Part shown: piece after piece, positions 49,406-59,434 of the stretch
How positions within the stretch are numbered: the first letter of the stretch is position 1
How the letters are laid out: each line of letters starts with the position of its first letter
From: an uncultured Candidatus Saccharibacteria bacterium
GTDB lineage: Bacteria > Patescibacteriota > UBA1384 > JAMDBS01 > DAOVQR01
Reading direction: 5' to 3'
DNA: 64,000 bases
Assembly (NCBI GenBank): GCA_964481135.1
Contig: CAYZSW010000004.1
Location: forward strand, 20,110 to 84,109
Notes under the pieces: generated by a model
What the model was told of the DNA's origin: nothing
Seen by the model: the letters and a program-made list of their open reading frames with translations, nothing else
The model's database searches: none
Made by a program: the position numbers and the translations under genes

Positions 49406-50200
49406 TTATTTATTAGTATTTTGAATTTTAAAGTTGGTTACTAGGTAGCCGACGCCAAATGGTCCTTCATAGCTTAGTATTTCAGTTTGATAATTTAATT
49501 TTTCCAAAACACCCAGTAATATTAAAATTGATTTATATCCACATTCACCAGCATCTTTAATGATATCTTCATCTATATTTAATATTGCTTCAGTATCCTT
49601 TGATTTTAAATCGTTAATTATTTGTTTATCAAAATTTGTTCCAATATTATTTTCGAACAACCGGTGTGACATATCGCCACTTGCAATTATTCCAATATTT
49701 TTTTCTTCTAGATTACATACATCAAAAATAACCTGTCCGAAGGCGTAGTGATGCAAGCGGTCTAGCATAGAATAATTAATTGGAATAATTTTAATATCTT
49801 CATCTAAATGTTTAGATAAATAATACATTGGTACTAATATTCCATGATCTAGGATAAAATTTTCAGTATTAGCATTGCAGTTAATATTATTTTCTTGAGC
49901 TTGATTTATAATTTTTTGTGCTAAGCTGTCATTTGATGAAAAGTCAAATTTTATTTGTGGTGCTTTAAATTGTGTAAAATTTCCAGAAAATTCGCCGCCG
50001 AACCAAACATTCATTCTATCTGGATAAATTACACCATGAGGAGAAATTACAATTAAAGTATCAATATCTTGTTCTGAAATATGCTCTGCTAATTTCTCCA
50101 TAGCTAAAATAGTTTTTTTAGCTAATTTTAAATCATTTGTTTTACCTACACCGGGAATAATTATTGGAGGATGTGGTGAAATTGCGCAAAATTTGATCAT
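49406..50200 (-). CDS. AmmeMemoRadiSam system protein B (MEMO1/LigB-like)
   Basis: PHPP, SPHG, DHG, ASGDMSH, GECG, SYEGPFGVGY. Confidence 0.9.
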   Translation of the reverse strand: MIKFCAISPHPPIIIPGVGKTNDLKLAKKTILAMEKLAEHISEQDIDTLIVISPHGVIYPDRMNVWFGGEFSGNFTQFKAPQIKFDFSSNDSLAQKIINQAQENNINCNANTENFILDHGILVPMYYLSKHLDEDIKIIPINYSMLDRLHHYAFGQVIFDVCNLEEKNIGIIASGDMSHRLFENNIGTNFDKQIINDLKSKDTEAILNIDEDIIKDAGECGYKSILILLGVLEKLNYQTEILSYEGPFGVGYLVTNFKIQNTNK

Positions 50201-50339
50201 ATATTTCCAAATTTATAATATTTAATATAATAATTACAATGTTTTACAAAATAATAATTTCTTTGAGTTGATTATATCAAAATTATTAATAAAAGTTGAA
50301 TTTATGGCATAAAATAGATAAAATATTGATGAGGTGATT

Positions 50340-50936
50340 ATGTTTTATGATCGAATTGAATCCGGGGAAAAACTAGCTAAAAAAATTACTCAGTATAAAG
50401 ACAAAAAAAATACTGTAATTTTAGCTTTATCCAAGGGGGGATTGGTAGTAGGTAAAGCTATTTCGTCAAAGTTAAATTTATCACTTGGACTTTTATCAGT
50501 TAAAAAAATTTATTCACCAATTAATTCCAATTTAATTATTGGGGCATTTGCTGAAACTGGAGAGCCAATAATTAATGATCAACTAATTGGCACAGATGGT
50601 ATTAGTCCTGATTATTTAGACCGAGAAATCTCAAGCTTGAAAGAAAAAATTAAAAACTCTAATATTAATCAAAAGTTAATAAAAAAAAATGATGTTTCCA
50701 GTCAAAGCATTATTATAGTTGACGATGGAATAAATTCAATTTATCCAGTTATGGCGACAATTTCATACTTAAAAACACAAAAAGTTCAAGAAATAGTTAT
50801 TGCAACACCAGTTATCAATTCGGAAATTATTTTTAAACTTAAAAATAAAGTAAATCATATATATTATATTTACTCATCAACTGAACCTTTTACTGTAGAC
50901 CAGTTTTACGAAGAATCATTTTTGGAAACTAATTGA
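50340..50936 (+). CDS. Phosphoribosyltransferase family protein (degenerate)
   Basis: FYDR..SG..LA, IVDDG, ATPV. Confidence 0.8.
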   Translation: MFYDRIESGEKLAKKITQYKDKKNTVILALSKGGLVVGKAISSKLNLSLGLLSVKKIYSPINSNLIIGAFAETGEPIINDQLIGTDGISPDYLDREISSLKEKIKNSNINQKLIKKNDVSSQSIIIVDDGINSIYPVMATISYLKTQKVQEIVIATPVINSEIIFKLKNKVNHIYYIYSSTEPFTVDQFYEESFLETN

Positions 50937-50939
50937 TTG

Positions 50940-51491
50940 CTAATTTGTACTTGGGACAAATACTTTTCCAATAGTATTAAATGGGTATAGTGTTAGCCAT
51001 GCGCGACCGACAATTTCATTGATTTTAATAGCTCCAATTATCCTTGAATCATGGGAATGTTCTCGATTATCTCCCATAACAAAATATTCCTCAGGACCGA
51101 GTTTTATTTCAAGTGTTGTATCTGGATTATTTGCAACATAAGTTTGAAAATTTGATGGTATATAATCTTCTTCTAACAATTTATTATCAATCAATATTTT
51201 ATTGTTAGTAATTTTTATCGACTCTCCTGGTAAGCCAATAATTCGTTTAATGTAATCTGATCCTGATGCGTCAGGTGCTGCAAATACAACGACCTCACCT
51301 CTTTTAGGATTTTTTAAGCGATAGCTTAACTTATCAACAATTAAATATTGATTAGTGTGCATGTTTGGTTCCATACTATTTCCATCAACTACAAAAGGTT
51401 GGAATAAAAAAGTTCTTATTAAAAATGCAGTAATAAGAACAAAAAATATTGTCTTTAGTATTTCAAATACTGCCATTAGAGATTCTTTCAT
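50940..51491 (-). CDS. lepB: Signal peptidase I
   Basis: G.SMEP, YIKRIIGLPG, GDNR.HS.DSR. Confidence 0.96.
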   Translation of the reverse strand: MKESLMAVFEILKTIFFVLITAFLIRTFLFQPFVVDGNSMEPNMHTNQYLIVDKLSYRLKNPKRGEVVVFAAPDASGSDYIKRIIGLPGESIKITNNKILIDNKLLEEDYIPSNFQTYVANNPDTTLEIKLGPEEYFVMGDNREHSHDSRIIGAIKINEIVGRAWLTLYPFNTIGKVFVPSTN

Positions 51492-51630
51492 AAAATATGC
51501 CTATATGTATAAATTAATTTGAGATGTTTAAGTTAAAAGTATTAAATAAAATAGATTTATTTAAAACTAAAATTTCTTCAATAAATAATATATCAAAACT
51601 TGAAACTTTTGACAATTGCAATATACTAAT

Positions 51631-51682
51631 TAGTAGCTAGTAGCTAGTAGCTAGTAGCTTGTCTGTCTGCCGACAAGTCAGG
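51631..51682. repeat. (TAGTAGC)4 followed by a CTGTCTGCCGACAAG element
   Basis: Four perfect 7-mers at 51631-51658; palindromic unit at 51663-51682. Confidence 0.85.
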
Positions 51683-51727
51683 TGGCTTGCGATGCTTATA
51701 TCAGATATTTTTATTTAAGGTTAGATT

Positions 51728-52453
51728 ATGTATCCAATATTATTTTCAATTGGAAAAATTAATTTTTATAGTTATGGTTTGTTTGCAGCTATTTCGGTTA
51801 TTGCAGTATATTTTGTAATGAAACAACTAGCTTTTAAAAAACAGTTAAACGATAATAATTTATTTGATAAAGTATTGTTAGTTTTTGTTTGCGCTTTGAT
51901 TTTTTCAAGAATAAGTTATTTTGTGTTGTATAATAATCAGTTTGATGCTTGGTACGAAATTTTTTATGTTTGGAATGGAGGACTTATTTCATTCGGAGGA
52001 ATTATCGGAGGATTCATTGCTTTTCTAATAGTTTTTAAAAAAGACTTAATAAAATGGCTCGATGTAATAGGAGTTAGTTTTTTACTAGGTGCTAGTATTT
52101 GGAGAATTGGAGGTTTTTTGTCTGGTGGAAATCCTGGAATGATTTCGAATAGTTTTATTGCAATTAACAATCGTATACCTACTGTATTAATTGAATCACT
52201 GATTTTATTTTTTATATTTTTATATTTTTATAATAATTTTACCAAGATGAAATTCCCTAACGGAGTAATTTTTTGGATATGTCTAGGTGCGTATGGTTTT
52301 ATTAGAATAGGGATTGATTTTTTGCGCGATTACAGTGGACAGTCAGTTAAGGTTTTAAATACTGGGCAAATAGCGGGTTTGCTGATGTTTGTAATTTCAG
52401 GATTTGCAATATTATACCTTGTTTTGTATGATAGATATAGAAAAAGGAAATAA
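51728..52453 (+). CDS. lgt: Prolipoprotein diacylglyceryl transferase-like protein
   Basis: MYPILF.IG...YSYG, W.GGL..GG, R...DFLR; lspA two genes downstream. Confidence 0.8.
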   Translation: MYPILFSIGKINFYSYGLFAAISVIAVYFVMKQLAFKKQLNDNNLFDKVLLVFVCALIFSRISYFVLYNNQFDAWYEIFYVWNGGLISFGGIIGGFIAFLIVFKKDLIKWLDVIGVSFLLGASIWRIGGFLSGGNPGMISNSFIAINNRIPTVLIESLILFFIFLYFYNNFTKMKFPNGVIFWICLGAYGFIRIGIDFLRDYSGQSVKVLNTGQIAGLLMFVISGFAILYLVLYDRYRKRK

Positions 52454-52454
52454 T

Positions 52455-52799
52455 ATGAAAAAGCAATTATTTGATGAAAATTTTTTAAAACGCCAAAAAA
52501 GTTTTTTATTATCGGAAAAACAAAGATTGATTAATGAATTGGCGTCGGACAGTAAGTTTCCCGAGTATGGTGATACAGAAGAAGATAATGCTTCAGAGGT
52601 AACTGATTTTACTGAAAAAAAAGGCATTGAAAAAAAATTAAAAGGTGAATTAGTTGATGTAAAAATTGCTTTAGACAAAATTGATAATAATCTATATGGC
52701 ATGTGTGAGGAATGTAAAAAGCAAATAGAAAAAGCACGATTAGAGGCAATGCCATCGGCAAAAACTTGCATAACTCATAGTAATAAACGGATTAAATAA
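52455..52799 (+). CDS. TraR/DksA C4-type zinc finger protein
   Basis: YGMCEEC..I...RLEAMP.AKTC..H; ATG at 52455. Confidence 0.9.
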   Translation: MKKQLFDENFLKRQKSFLLSEKQRLINELASDSKFPEYGDTEEDNASEVTDFTEKKGIEKKLKGELVDVKIALDKIDNNLYGMCEECKKQIEKARLEAMPSAKTCITHSNKRIK

Positions 52800-53221
52800 T
52801 GAGCTTAAATAGAAGATTTTTTAACATTGCAATATTTGTAATGTTTTTTGTTTTTATGGACCAGCTTATAAAATATGTTTTACAAACATATTTTTCATTT
52901 ATTATTTCGGAAAACTACGGAATAATATTCGGAACTGTCGAAAATAATTTTTTAAAAATTTTAATAATTTTAATTGGAATTATTTTACTTATATATTTAA
53001 TTTTTAATACTGATTTTTCAAAATTTTCAAACATGCTTGCAATCTCTTTAATTATTGCAGGAGCAATTTCTAATATTTTGGACAGGTTTATTTATGGATA
53101 TGTAGTAGATTATATAAATTTACCTTCATTTTTATCTTTTTGGCCAACTTTTAATTTAGCAGATATTTTCATTGTAATCGGCTTAGTTGTATATTTATAT
53201 AATTTTTTTAAAAGTAAATGA
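52799..53221 (+). CDS. lspA: Lipoprotein signal peptidase II
   Basis: DQ..K, N.G..FG, GA.SNILDR, VVDY, FNLAD. Confidence 0.93.
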   Translation: MSLNRRFFNIAIFVMFFVFMDQLIKYVLQTYFSFIISENYGIIFGTVENNFLKILIILIGIILLIYLIFNTDFSKFSNMLAISLIIAGAISNILDRFIYGYVVDYINLPSFLSFWPTFNLADIFIVIGLVVYLYNFFKSK

Positions 53222-53291
53222 TTTATGTTTTATTTTAGTGAAGTATGATTTATAGATCTAACTATAATACTTTTTATAAAAGTTTGTTTTA

Positions 53292-53411
53292 ATCCAGCCT
53301 TCGCGAAATCCCAGGGCTTTAGCCCGGGGATGAAGCAAGGTAAGATTTCGCTACGGCGGATTTCAGCTCCGCCTAAGTGGAATCCGCGGGTTTTAACCCG
53401 CGGAGCTTCAA
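53292..53411. mobile_element. Non-autonomous IS200/IS605-like mini-element
   Basis: Hairpins CCCAGGGCTTTAGCCCGGGG and CCGCGGGTTTTAACCCGCGG, ending GCTTCAA. Confidence 0.6.
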
Positions 53412-53427
53412 TAGGTAATAAATTCTA

Positions 53428-53463
53428 AATAAAAAAATCATTTTTATTAAATGATTTTTTTTT
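53428..53463. terminator. Bidirectional terminator
   Basis: AAAAAATCATTT-N-AAATGATTTTTT. Confidence 0.6.
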
Positions 53464-53493
53464 AAAAATAAACTATATTTTAAATATTTTTTA

Positions 53494-53838
53494 TTATTTA
53501 ATTCGATCAATGATTTTTTTAAATTCTTCTGGATGATTCATGGCCAGGTCTGCTAATACTTTTCTATCAAGCTCAATTTTTTTATCGCTAAGTTTTTTGA
53601 TAAAAGTTGAATAATTAATATCATGTTCTTTACAGGCAGCATTTATTCTAATTATCCAAAGCTGTCTCATTTCTCTTTTTTTTGTTTTTCGGTGTCGATA
53701 AGAGTGTTCACCAGCTTGAGAAATTGCTTCCTTGGCTCTTTTTATTAAATTTTTTCTGCCATGTTTATATCCTTTTGTTTTTTTAAGGATATTTTTATGA
53801 GTTTTTTTAGATTGTATACCTCTTTTAACTCTTGTCAT
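53494..53838 (-). CDS. rplT: 50S ribosomal protein L20
   Basis: MTRVKRG, WIIRINAA, LDRKVLADLA. Confidence 0.97.
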   Translation of the reverse strand: MTRVKRGIQSKKTHKNILKKTKGYKHGRKNLIKRAKEAISQAGEHSYRHRKTKKREMRQLWIIRINAACKEHDINYSTFIKKLSDKKIELDRKVLADLAMNHPEEFKKIIDRIK

Positions 53839-53895
53839 TGGGTTCCTTAATTGGTTATGCTAACATTATTTTAATTTATAAAAGATTACGAATAA

Positions 53896-54096
53896 TTACC
53901 TGTACGGCAATAATTTTTTAATTTTTTTTGCATCAGTATTACTTAAAACAGCGTTTCTAGTTGATTGAGTAAGTGTTCTTTTTGATTTTCCTTTAGTTCT
54001 GTGTTGTGCAGACATTTTTTTTCTAATTATTTTATTTTTTTTAGAAATTTTTACAATTCTTTTTTTTGCTGATTTCGAAGTTTTTAGTTTTGGCAT
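53896..54096 (-). CDS. rpmI: 50S ribosomal protein L35
   Basis: MPKLKT..SAKKR; located between infC and rplT. Confidence 0.92.
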   Translation of the reverse strand: MPKLKTSKSAKKRIVKISKKNKIIRKKMSAQHRTKGKSKRTLTQSTRNAVLSNTDAKKIKKLLPYR

Positions 54097-54126
54097 TCTT
54101 TGACTCCTTTGATAGTATTTCGATGG

Positions 54127-54624
54127 TTACTTTTTTAATATTGCTGAAATACGATTGCCTTGTCTTTTGGTATTTTGTTCAAATTTTGCGTTTGATAAAA
54201 CTTTAAATTCATCAATAAGTTTTTGAGCTTTATCGGCGAAAATATTTTCTCTTCCTATAAGTTTAATAGAAATTATTACTCTATTGTTTTGATTCAAAAA
54301 TTCTTTGGCTCGCTTAATTTTACATTCTAAATCGTGTTTATCAATATTAACGCCTAGTTGAATTTCTTTAGTTTCGCCACCTTTTTGTTTTGATTTTTGT
54401 TTCTGAATTTGTTTTTCTTTTTCGTATAAATACTTACCGTAATCTAAGATTTTGCAAACAGGTGGATTAGCGTTGCCTCCAATTTCAACTAAATCTAAAC
54501 CTTTTTCATAAGCTAACAACATAGCTTGATCAATATTAATAACACCTAAATCTGACCCTTTTTCGTTAATTAAGCGTACTGATAAAGAGGAAATTTCTTG
54601 GTTGATAGATTGTTTTTTCTTAAT
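54127..54624 (-). CDS. infC: Translation initiation factor IF-3 (ATT start)
   Basis: GAGG RBS and ATT at 54624 give IKKKQSINQEI..VRLI; GLDLVEI, PPVCKILDYGKY. Confidence 0.93.
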   Translation of the reverse strand: MKKKQSINQEISSLSVRLINEKGSDLGVINIDQAMLLAYEKGLDLVEIGGNANPPVCKILDYGKYLYEKEKQIQKQKSKQKGGETKEIQLGVNIDKHDLECKIKRAKEFLNQNNRVIISIKLIGRENIFADKAQKLIDEFKVLSNAKFEQNTKRQGNRISAILKK

Positions 54625-54640
54625 AAATAAACCTCATGAA

Positions 54641-55411
54641 TTATTTTTTATCAGTATTTATTTTAACACGAGCACAAATAATTTTCAATACCTTAGGCCT
54701 AACTTTAATTTCTATTGGTGTTTTAGCAATAATTTTGTTGTCTAAAATAACTGGCATAGGTTCAGGGGTGTCTATCACTAAGTGTCTCATTCGTAGATAA
54801 GTATTAAAATTATTAATTTGTTTTTTTCCAACTAACCAACTAAATGTTTTATTCAAAAAATTATTTTTTTCTTTATCATTTTCAATATTTAAATAAATTT
54901 TAGGTTCATCGTGGTTAACTAAAGAAGGAGAATAAATTGCGATATTAGTAAATCTGATGTTAGTTTGACATTTATCAAAATAAATTGTCCCAATGGTTGA
55001 CTTGTCATGTACGATGTTTGCTTTGGTAAGAAAAAAATTATCAGGTAAAATATAGGCAAGATTTATGGTTTTAATCTTTCTTTCTTTTAGGGCAATACAG
55101 GCATCTTTAATATCACCGAGCCCAATTAATTTCTGTATATATGAACTAGCATTAATTGGAATTATACCCAGTGCGCATTCAGTATTTTGTAAGTGTTTTG
55201 CAACACTGTTAATTAGATAATCAGAACCAACAGCTACAATTGTATTATATTGTTTTGCAAGAGCAATTTGAGTTAATTCTTCTATACTTCTTGCGGGTGA
55301 TACACGACAAATTTCTCCTGTTATTCCGTAAAAAGCCAGTAAACTTTGAATTTTTTTCTGGATAGAAGCAATAGACCCATTTTTAGGTTGTTCTAAAATA
55401 TAATAGTACAT
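54641..55411 (-). CDS. Diacylglycerol kinase family protein (degenerate)
   Basis: IVAVGSD, LGIIP, TPIEIKVRPKVL. Confidence 0.75.
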   Translation of the reverse strand: MYYYILEQPKNGSIASIQKKIQSLLAFYGITGEICRVSPARSIEELTQIALAKQYNTIVAVGSDYLINSVAKHLQNTECALGIIPINASSYIQKLIGLGDIKDACIALKERKIKTINLAYILPDNFFLTKANIVHDKSTIGTIYFDKCQTNIRFTNIAIYSPSLVNHDEPKIYLNIENDKEKNNFLNKTFSWLVGKKQINNFNTYLRMRHLVIDTPEPMPVILDNKIIAKTPIEIKVRPKVLKIICARVKINTDKK

Positions 55412-55412
55412 A

Positions 55413-55508
55413 CCACTGATCTTGTTTCACAGATTTCACTGATATTAATCCGTGTTATCAGTGAATCCCACTTTTTGAGAAGGGCGGGATAAATAAAAAT
55501 CTGTGGTT
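55413..55508. repeat. Inverted CACWGAT/ATCWGTG arrays
   Basis: CACTGAT, TTCACAGAT TTCACTGAT versus ATCCGTG, ATCAGTGAA, ATCTGTG; TCCC..GGGA unit inserted. Confidence 0.7.
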
Positions 55509-56061
55509 ATTTTTCTAATTCGTATTTTGGTTTTTCGTCATCTGATTTATGTTTAAACCAAAAACCACCTTCTTTTTTTTCTTCTTTTTCGTTATTTTTA
55601 GTATCTTTTTCATCTTCTATTTTTTTATCATTTTTTTCATCTTTGCTTTTGTCTTCTTTTTGTGTTTCGTTTTCTTTGTCAATATTTGTCACATCTTCTT
55701 CATTTTTTTGATTCTCATCGTGTCCAATCATTTTACATTTTCCAACAAATATGGCACCAGATCTTATTACTAAATCCTTTGTTTCTATACTGCCGTAAAC
55801 TTTACCAGTTGGCGTAAGTTCTAATTTTTTATGTGCTAAAACTGTACCACTAGCTTTACCAGAAATAATTATCTCTTGAGCCGTAATGGGACCTTTTACT
55901 TTTGCGGTTTCAGTGATCTGGACATTTTTATCCGAAATAACTTCACCATCCACAGTGCCATGGATTGTAATGTCGTTGGCGTCCTTTAAAACACCATTTA
56001 ATTTTACATTAGAACCCACTACTGTGCCTGGGCCACCAATTTCTTGATCTTTATCAAACAT
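55507..56061 (-). CDS. Bactofilin (polymer-forming cytoskeletal protein)
   Basis: Beta-helix pattern TVVG..V.LNG, I.GTV.G, GA.F.GKC.M. Confidence 0.92.
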   Translation of the reverse strand: MFDKDQEIGGPGTVVGSNVKLNGVLKDANDITIHGTVDGEVISDKNVQITETAKVKGPITAQEIIISGKASGTVLAHKKLELTPTGKVYGSIETKDLVIRSGAIFVGKCKMIGHDENQKNEEDVTNIDKENETQKEDKSKDEKNDKKIEDEKDTKNNEKEEKKEGGFWFKHKSDDEKPKYELEK

Positions 56062-56279
56062 TAATGCCTCCTAACTACTCTTTGAGAGTATGAGCTTGCC
56101 CCTCTTTAATAAATTATTATTTATATTTAATATACCAAATTTAAATAATTTAATAAAAAAATAATTGTAAAAAAAATTATATTTAATATTTATTTTTTAA
56201 TAAAATTAATATTGGTATTGAAAACACTATGTATATTTGTTATAATACCAAAAGCCAAAATTATCAAGGGTATAAAAAT

Positions 56280-58742
56280 ATGAAAAATAAAAACATTGTT
56301 GTCAAAGGTGTTAGAGTAAATAATTTAAAAAATATTGATGTAACAATTCCTAGAGGGAAGCTGGTTGTTATTACCGGAATTTCTGGTAGTGGAAAATCAT
56401 CTTTGGCATTTGATACCATTTATGCTGAAGGGCAAAGAAGATATGTTGAATCCCTTTCAAGCTACACAAGACAATTTTTATCACCAATAAAAAAACCAGA
56501 TATCGATTATATCGAGGGACTATCTCCTGCAATTTCAATTGATCAAAAAAGCGTGGGCCAATCTCCGCGCTCTACGGTTGGCACAATATCTGATATTTAT
56601 GATTATCTAAGACTTTTATTTGCTAAAATTGGGAAAGTGTATTGTCCAATTTGTGGAGTCGGTTTGAGTAAAATTTCTGTAAAAAATAACGGAAAAAATA
56701 GTTTTAAAAAAATATATCGATGCGAAAAATGCAAAATTGAATTACCGGAATTCACAATGAGTTCTTTTTCGTTTAATAGTCCCCATGGGGCATGTACTAC
56801 TTGTAAAGGTCTTGGTAAAAAAAAGCAAATAGATCCTCTTTTAGTGTTACCAAATAAAAGACTAACTTTATCTGAGGGAGCAATTCGTCCTTGGAGTAGA
56901 ATTACTTCACATCGAAATGCTTATCATAAAATTCTTTTAGATTTATCTAAAAAGTATAATTTTAGTTTAGATGCCCCGGTTTCGAATTTACCCAAAAGCA
57001 TTATAAATTTATTATTATTTGGAACAAAGGATAATTTTTTTCTTGGAATTATTGATAATTTAGAAAAAAAATATCAAGAAACAAGTTCGGACTATATTAA
57101 AAATGAAATACAAAAATATATGACAGAAATAATTTGTCCAGATTGTTTAGGAAAACGACTTAAAAAAGAAGTTTTAAGTATAAGAGTTGCAGGTAAAAAT
57201 ATTATTGATTTGAATCAAATGACCATAGATGACCTTTTAAATTATTTTTCAACAATTAAAAATAAAATATCAAAAGAAGATTGTAAAATTAGTTTACAAA
57301 TAATTAAAGATGTAATTGAGAGATTAGATTTTATTCAAAAAGTTAGTTTAGGATATTTATCATTAAATCGTCAAGCAGATACTTTAGCAGGGGGCGAGGC
57401 GCAAAGAATTAAATTAGCAACACAACTAGGATCACACTTAACTGGCATTTTGTATATACTAGACGAGCCCTCTATAGGATTACATTCTAAAGATCATGAA
57501 AAACTAATTCAAACATTATTTCAACTAAGAAATTCAGGTAACACAGTAATAGTCGTTGAACATGACAGGGAAACAATATTGGCAGCTGATCATGTTATTG
57601 ATATTGGTCCGGGTGCCGGAGAGCTTGGGGGAAAAATTATTGCTCAAGGATCTCCAGTTGAAATAAAAAAATCATCTAAATCCTTAACCGGTAAATATTT
57701 AACCTTAAAAAACAACATTTCTAAACCAAAAAATAGGAGGGTTAACAAAAATAAATCACTTATTATTAAAGGTGCGAATGAGTTTAACTTAAAAAACATT
57801 GATGTAAAAATTCCACTTAATACTCTTACTTGTGTAACTGGCGTTTCTGGTTCTGGAAAATCGACTTTAATGATTGACATTTTAGCAAAAGCACTAGCAC
57901 AAAAATTTCATAGAGCTAAAAATGGGCCAGGAGAACATAAATCTATTTTAGGAACTCAAAACATTGATAAAGTAATTAATATTGATCAATCTCCTATTGG
58001 AAGAACTCCTCGTTCTAATCCTGCAACATATACTCAAATTTTTTCTACTATCAGGGAGATATTTGCCAATACAGAAAAAGCTCAAAAACATCATTTAACC
58101 ACAAGTCATTTTTCATTCAATATGGTAGGCGGTAGATGTGAGAATTGTAAGGGAGACGGGGTTATTAAATATGAAATGCATTTTTTGCCCGATGTGTATA
58201 TTACTTGTGATATTTGTGATGGTAATAGATATAATAAAGAAATCTTAAAAATTAGATACAATGAAAAGAATATTGCCGAGGTTTTAGAGATGACTGTAGA
58301 CGAAGCGTACGCTTTCTTTAAAGATGTACCAATATTAAAAACAAAATTAGGTGTATTGTCTGCTGTAGGTTTAGGATATATTAAATTAGGACAATCAGCT
58401 ACAACTTTGTCGGGAGGTGAAGCACAAAGAATAAAACTTGCTACTGAATTAGCTAGACAAGATACCGGTAAGACATTATACATTTTAGATGAGCCAACGA
58501 CAGGTCTTCATTTTGAAGATATTAAAAATCTTTTAAATGTCTTACAAGCTCTTGTCGATAAAGGCAACACAGTTTTAGTAATTGAGCATAACCTAGATAT
58601 TATTAAATGCGCAGATCATGTTATTGATATGGGTCCAGAAGGAGGGAAGTATGGTGGGAGGGTTATTGCTCAAGGCACCCCAGAAGAAATTACTAAAGTG
58701 AAAAAATCATACACTGGAAAATATTTAAAAAAAATTTTATAA
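56280..58742 (+). CDS. uvrA: Excinuclease ABC subunit A (short form)
   Basis: Two GxSGSGKS Walker A motifs, [10 protein letters not shown] twice, zinc fingers; ATG at 56280. Confidence 0.95.
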   Translation: MKNKNIVVKGVRVNNLKNIDVTIPRGKLVVITGISGSGKSSLAFDTIYAEGQRRYVESLSSYTRQFLSPIKKPDIDYIEGLSPAISIDQKSVGQSPRSTVGTISDIYDYLRLLFAKIGKVYCPICGVGLSKISVKNNGKNSFKKIYRCEKCKIELPEFTMSSFSFNSPHGACTTCKGLGKKKQIDPLLVLPNKRLTLSEGAIRPWSRITSHRNAYHKILLDLSKKYNFSLDAPVSNLPKSIINLLLFGTKDNFFLGIIDNLEKKYQETSSDYIKNEIQKYMTEIICPDCLGKRLKKEVLSIRVAGKNIIDLNQMTIDDLLNYFSTIKNKISKEDCKISLQIIKDVIERLDFIQKVSLGYLSLNRQADTLAGGEAQRIKLATQLGSHLTGILYILDEPSIGLHSKDHEKLIQTLFQLRNSGNTVIVVEHDRETILAADHVIDIGPGAGELGGKIIAQGSPVEIKKSSKSLTGKYLTLKNNISKPKNRRVNKNKSLIIKGANEFNLKNIDVKIPLNTLTCVTGVSGSGKSTLMIDILAKALAQKFHRAKNGPGEHKSILGTQNIDKVINIDQSPIGRTPRSNPATYTQIFSTIREIFANTEKAQKHHLTTSHFSFNMVGGRCENCKGDGVIKYEMHFLPDVYITCDICDGNRYNKEILKIRYNEKNIAEVLEMTVDEAYAFFKDVPILKTKLGVLSAVGLGYIKLGQSATTLSGGEAQRIKLATELARQDTGKTLYILDEPTTGLHFEDIKNLLNVLQALVDKGNTVLVIEHNLDIIKCADHVIDMGPEGGKYGGRVIAQGTPEEITKVKKSYTGKYLKKIL

Positions 58743-59087
58743 CTTAAAATTAAAATAAAATATTTCAATATGGTACTCGCATAAACATAAAAAATATTAT
58801 TTATTTATTTCAAGGCGAGTTCAAGAATTTAGTGCACCACGCGTTCATAAAGTACAAGCTGTTGACAAAAATTATTTATTATGTTAATGTAAACTATTAA
58901 ATTGAAATTTCAATTTAAAATTTTTTAAATGAGAGGTGGTAAACATTTGTTTAAAAAATTTAACCTCTCAAGACACGGGAAATAAATTTTTTTTTCCAAA
59001 TTTTTTTCCTCGCCGGCTAAGCCGGCATTTAAAAAAGGGGAAATAAATTTTTTATAAAAATTTTTCACCCCCTGATTACAATAATAG

Positions 59088-59119
59088 TAGACCCTGATTT
59101 TATCAGGGTCATTTTTTTA
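59088..59119 (+). terminator. Intrinsic terminator
   Basis: GACCCTGAT-TTT-ATCAGGGTC followed by a T-run. Confidence 0.75.
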
Positions 59120-59133
59120 TTAATACTATGAAT

Positions 59134-59161
59134 TTGACATATTTTTCGTTCGAGTTATAAT
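59134..59161 (+). promoter_or_regulatory. Sigma70-type promoter
   Basis: TTGACA-N16-TATAAT. Confidence 0.65.
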
Positions 59162-59434
59162 TAATTTCTACTGAAATTGATGTTAGAAAATTGATGGCTA
59201 GCTGATAGGTTTTAAAATATATGACTTATCTAACTGCTATCGATTATATTCTTTACGGTCGGAAAAAAAATAATAAAATATTAAAAAATGTTTTCGTGGA
59301 TGGGATTTAATCCTATCGACACAATTGCGAAAGCAAATTTTGATATTGTGAAACTTTTAATATTAGTTTTTATTGGATACCTTATAAACTAAATTTATAA
59401 AGTATCAGGTCGATTATTAATTATTGGAAACACG

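Noticed and set aside
51631-51658. CRISPR array
   Set aside because: Simple 7-mer tandem without spacers; no repeat-spacer array or cas gene seen anywhere in the window
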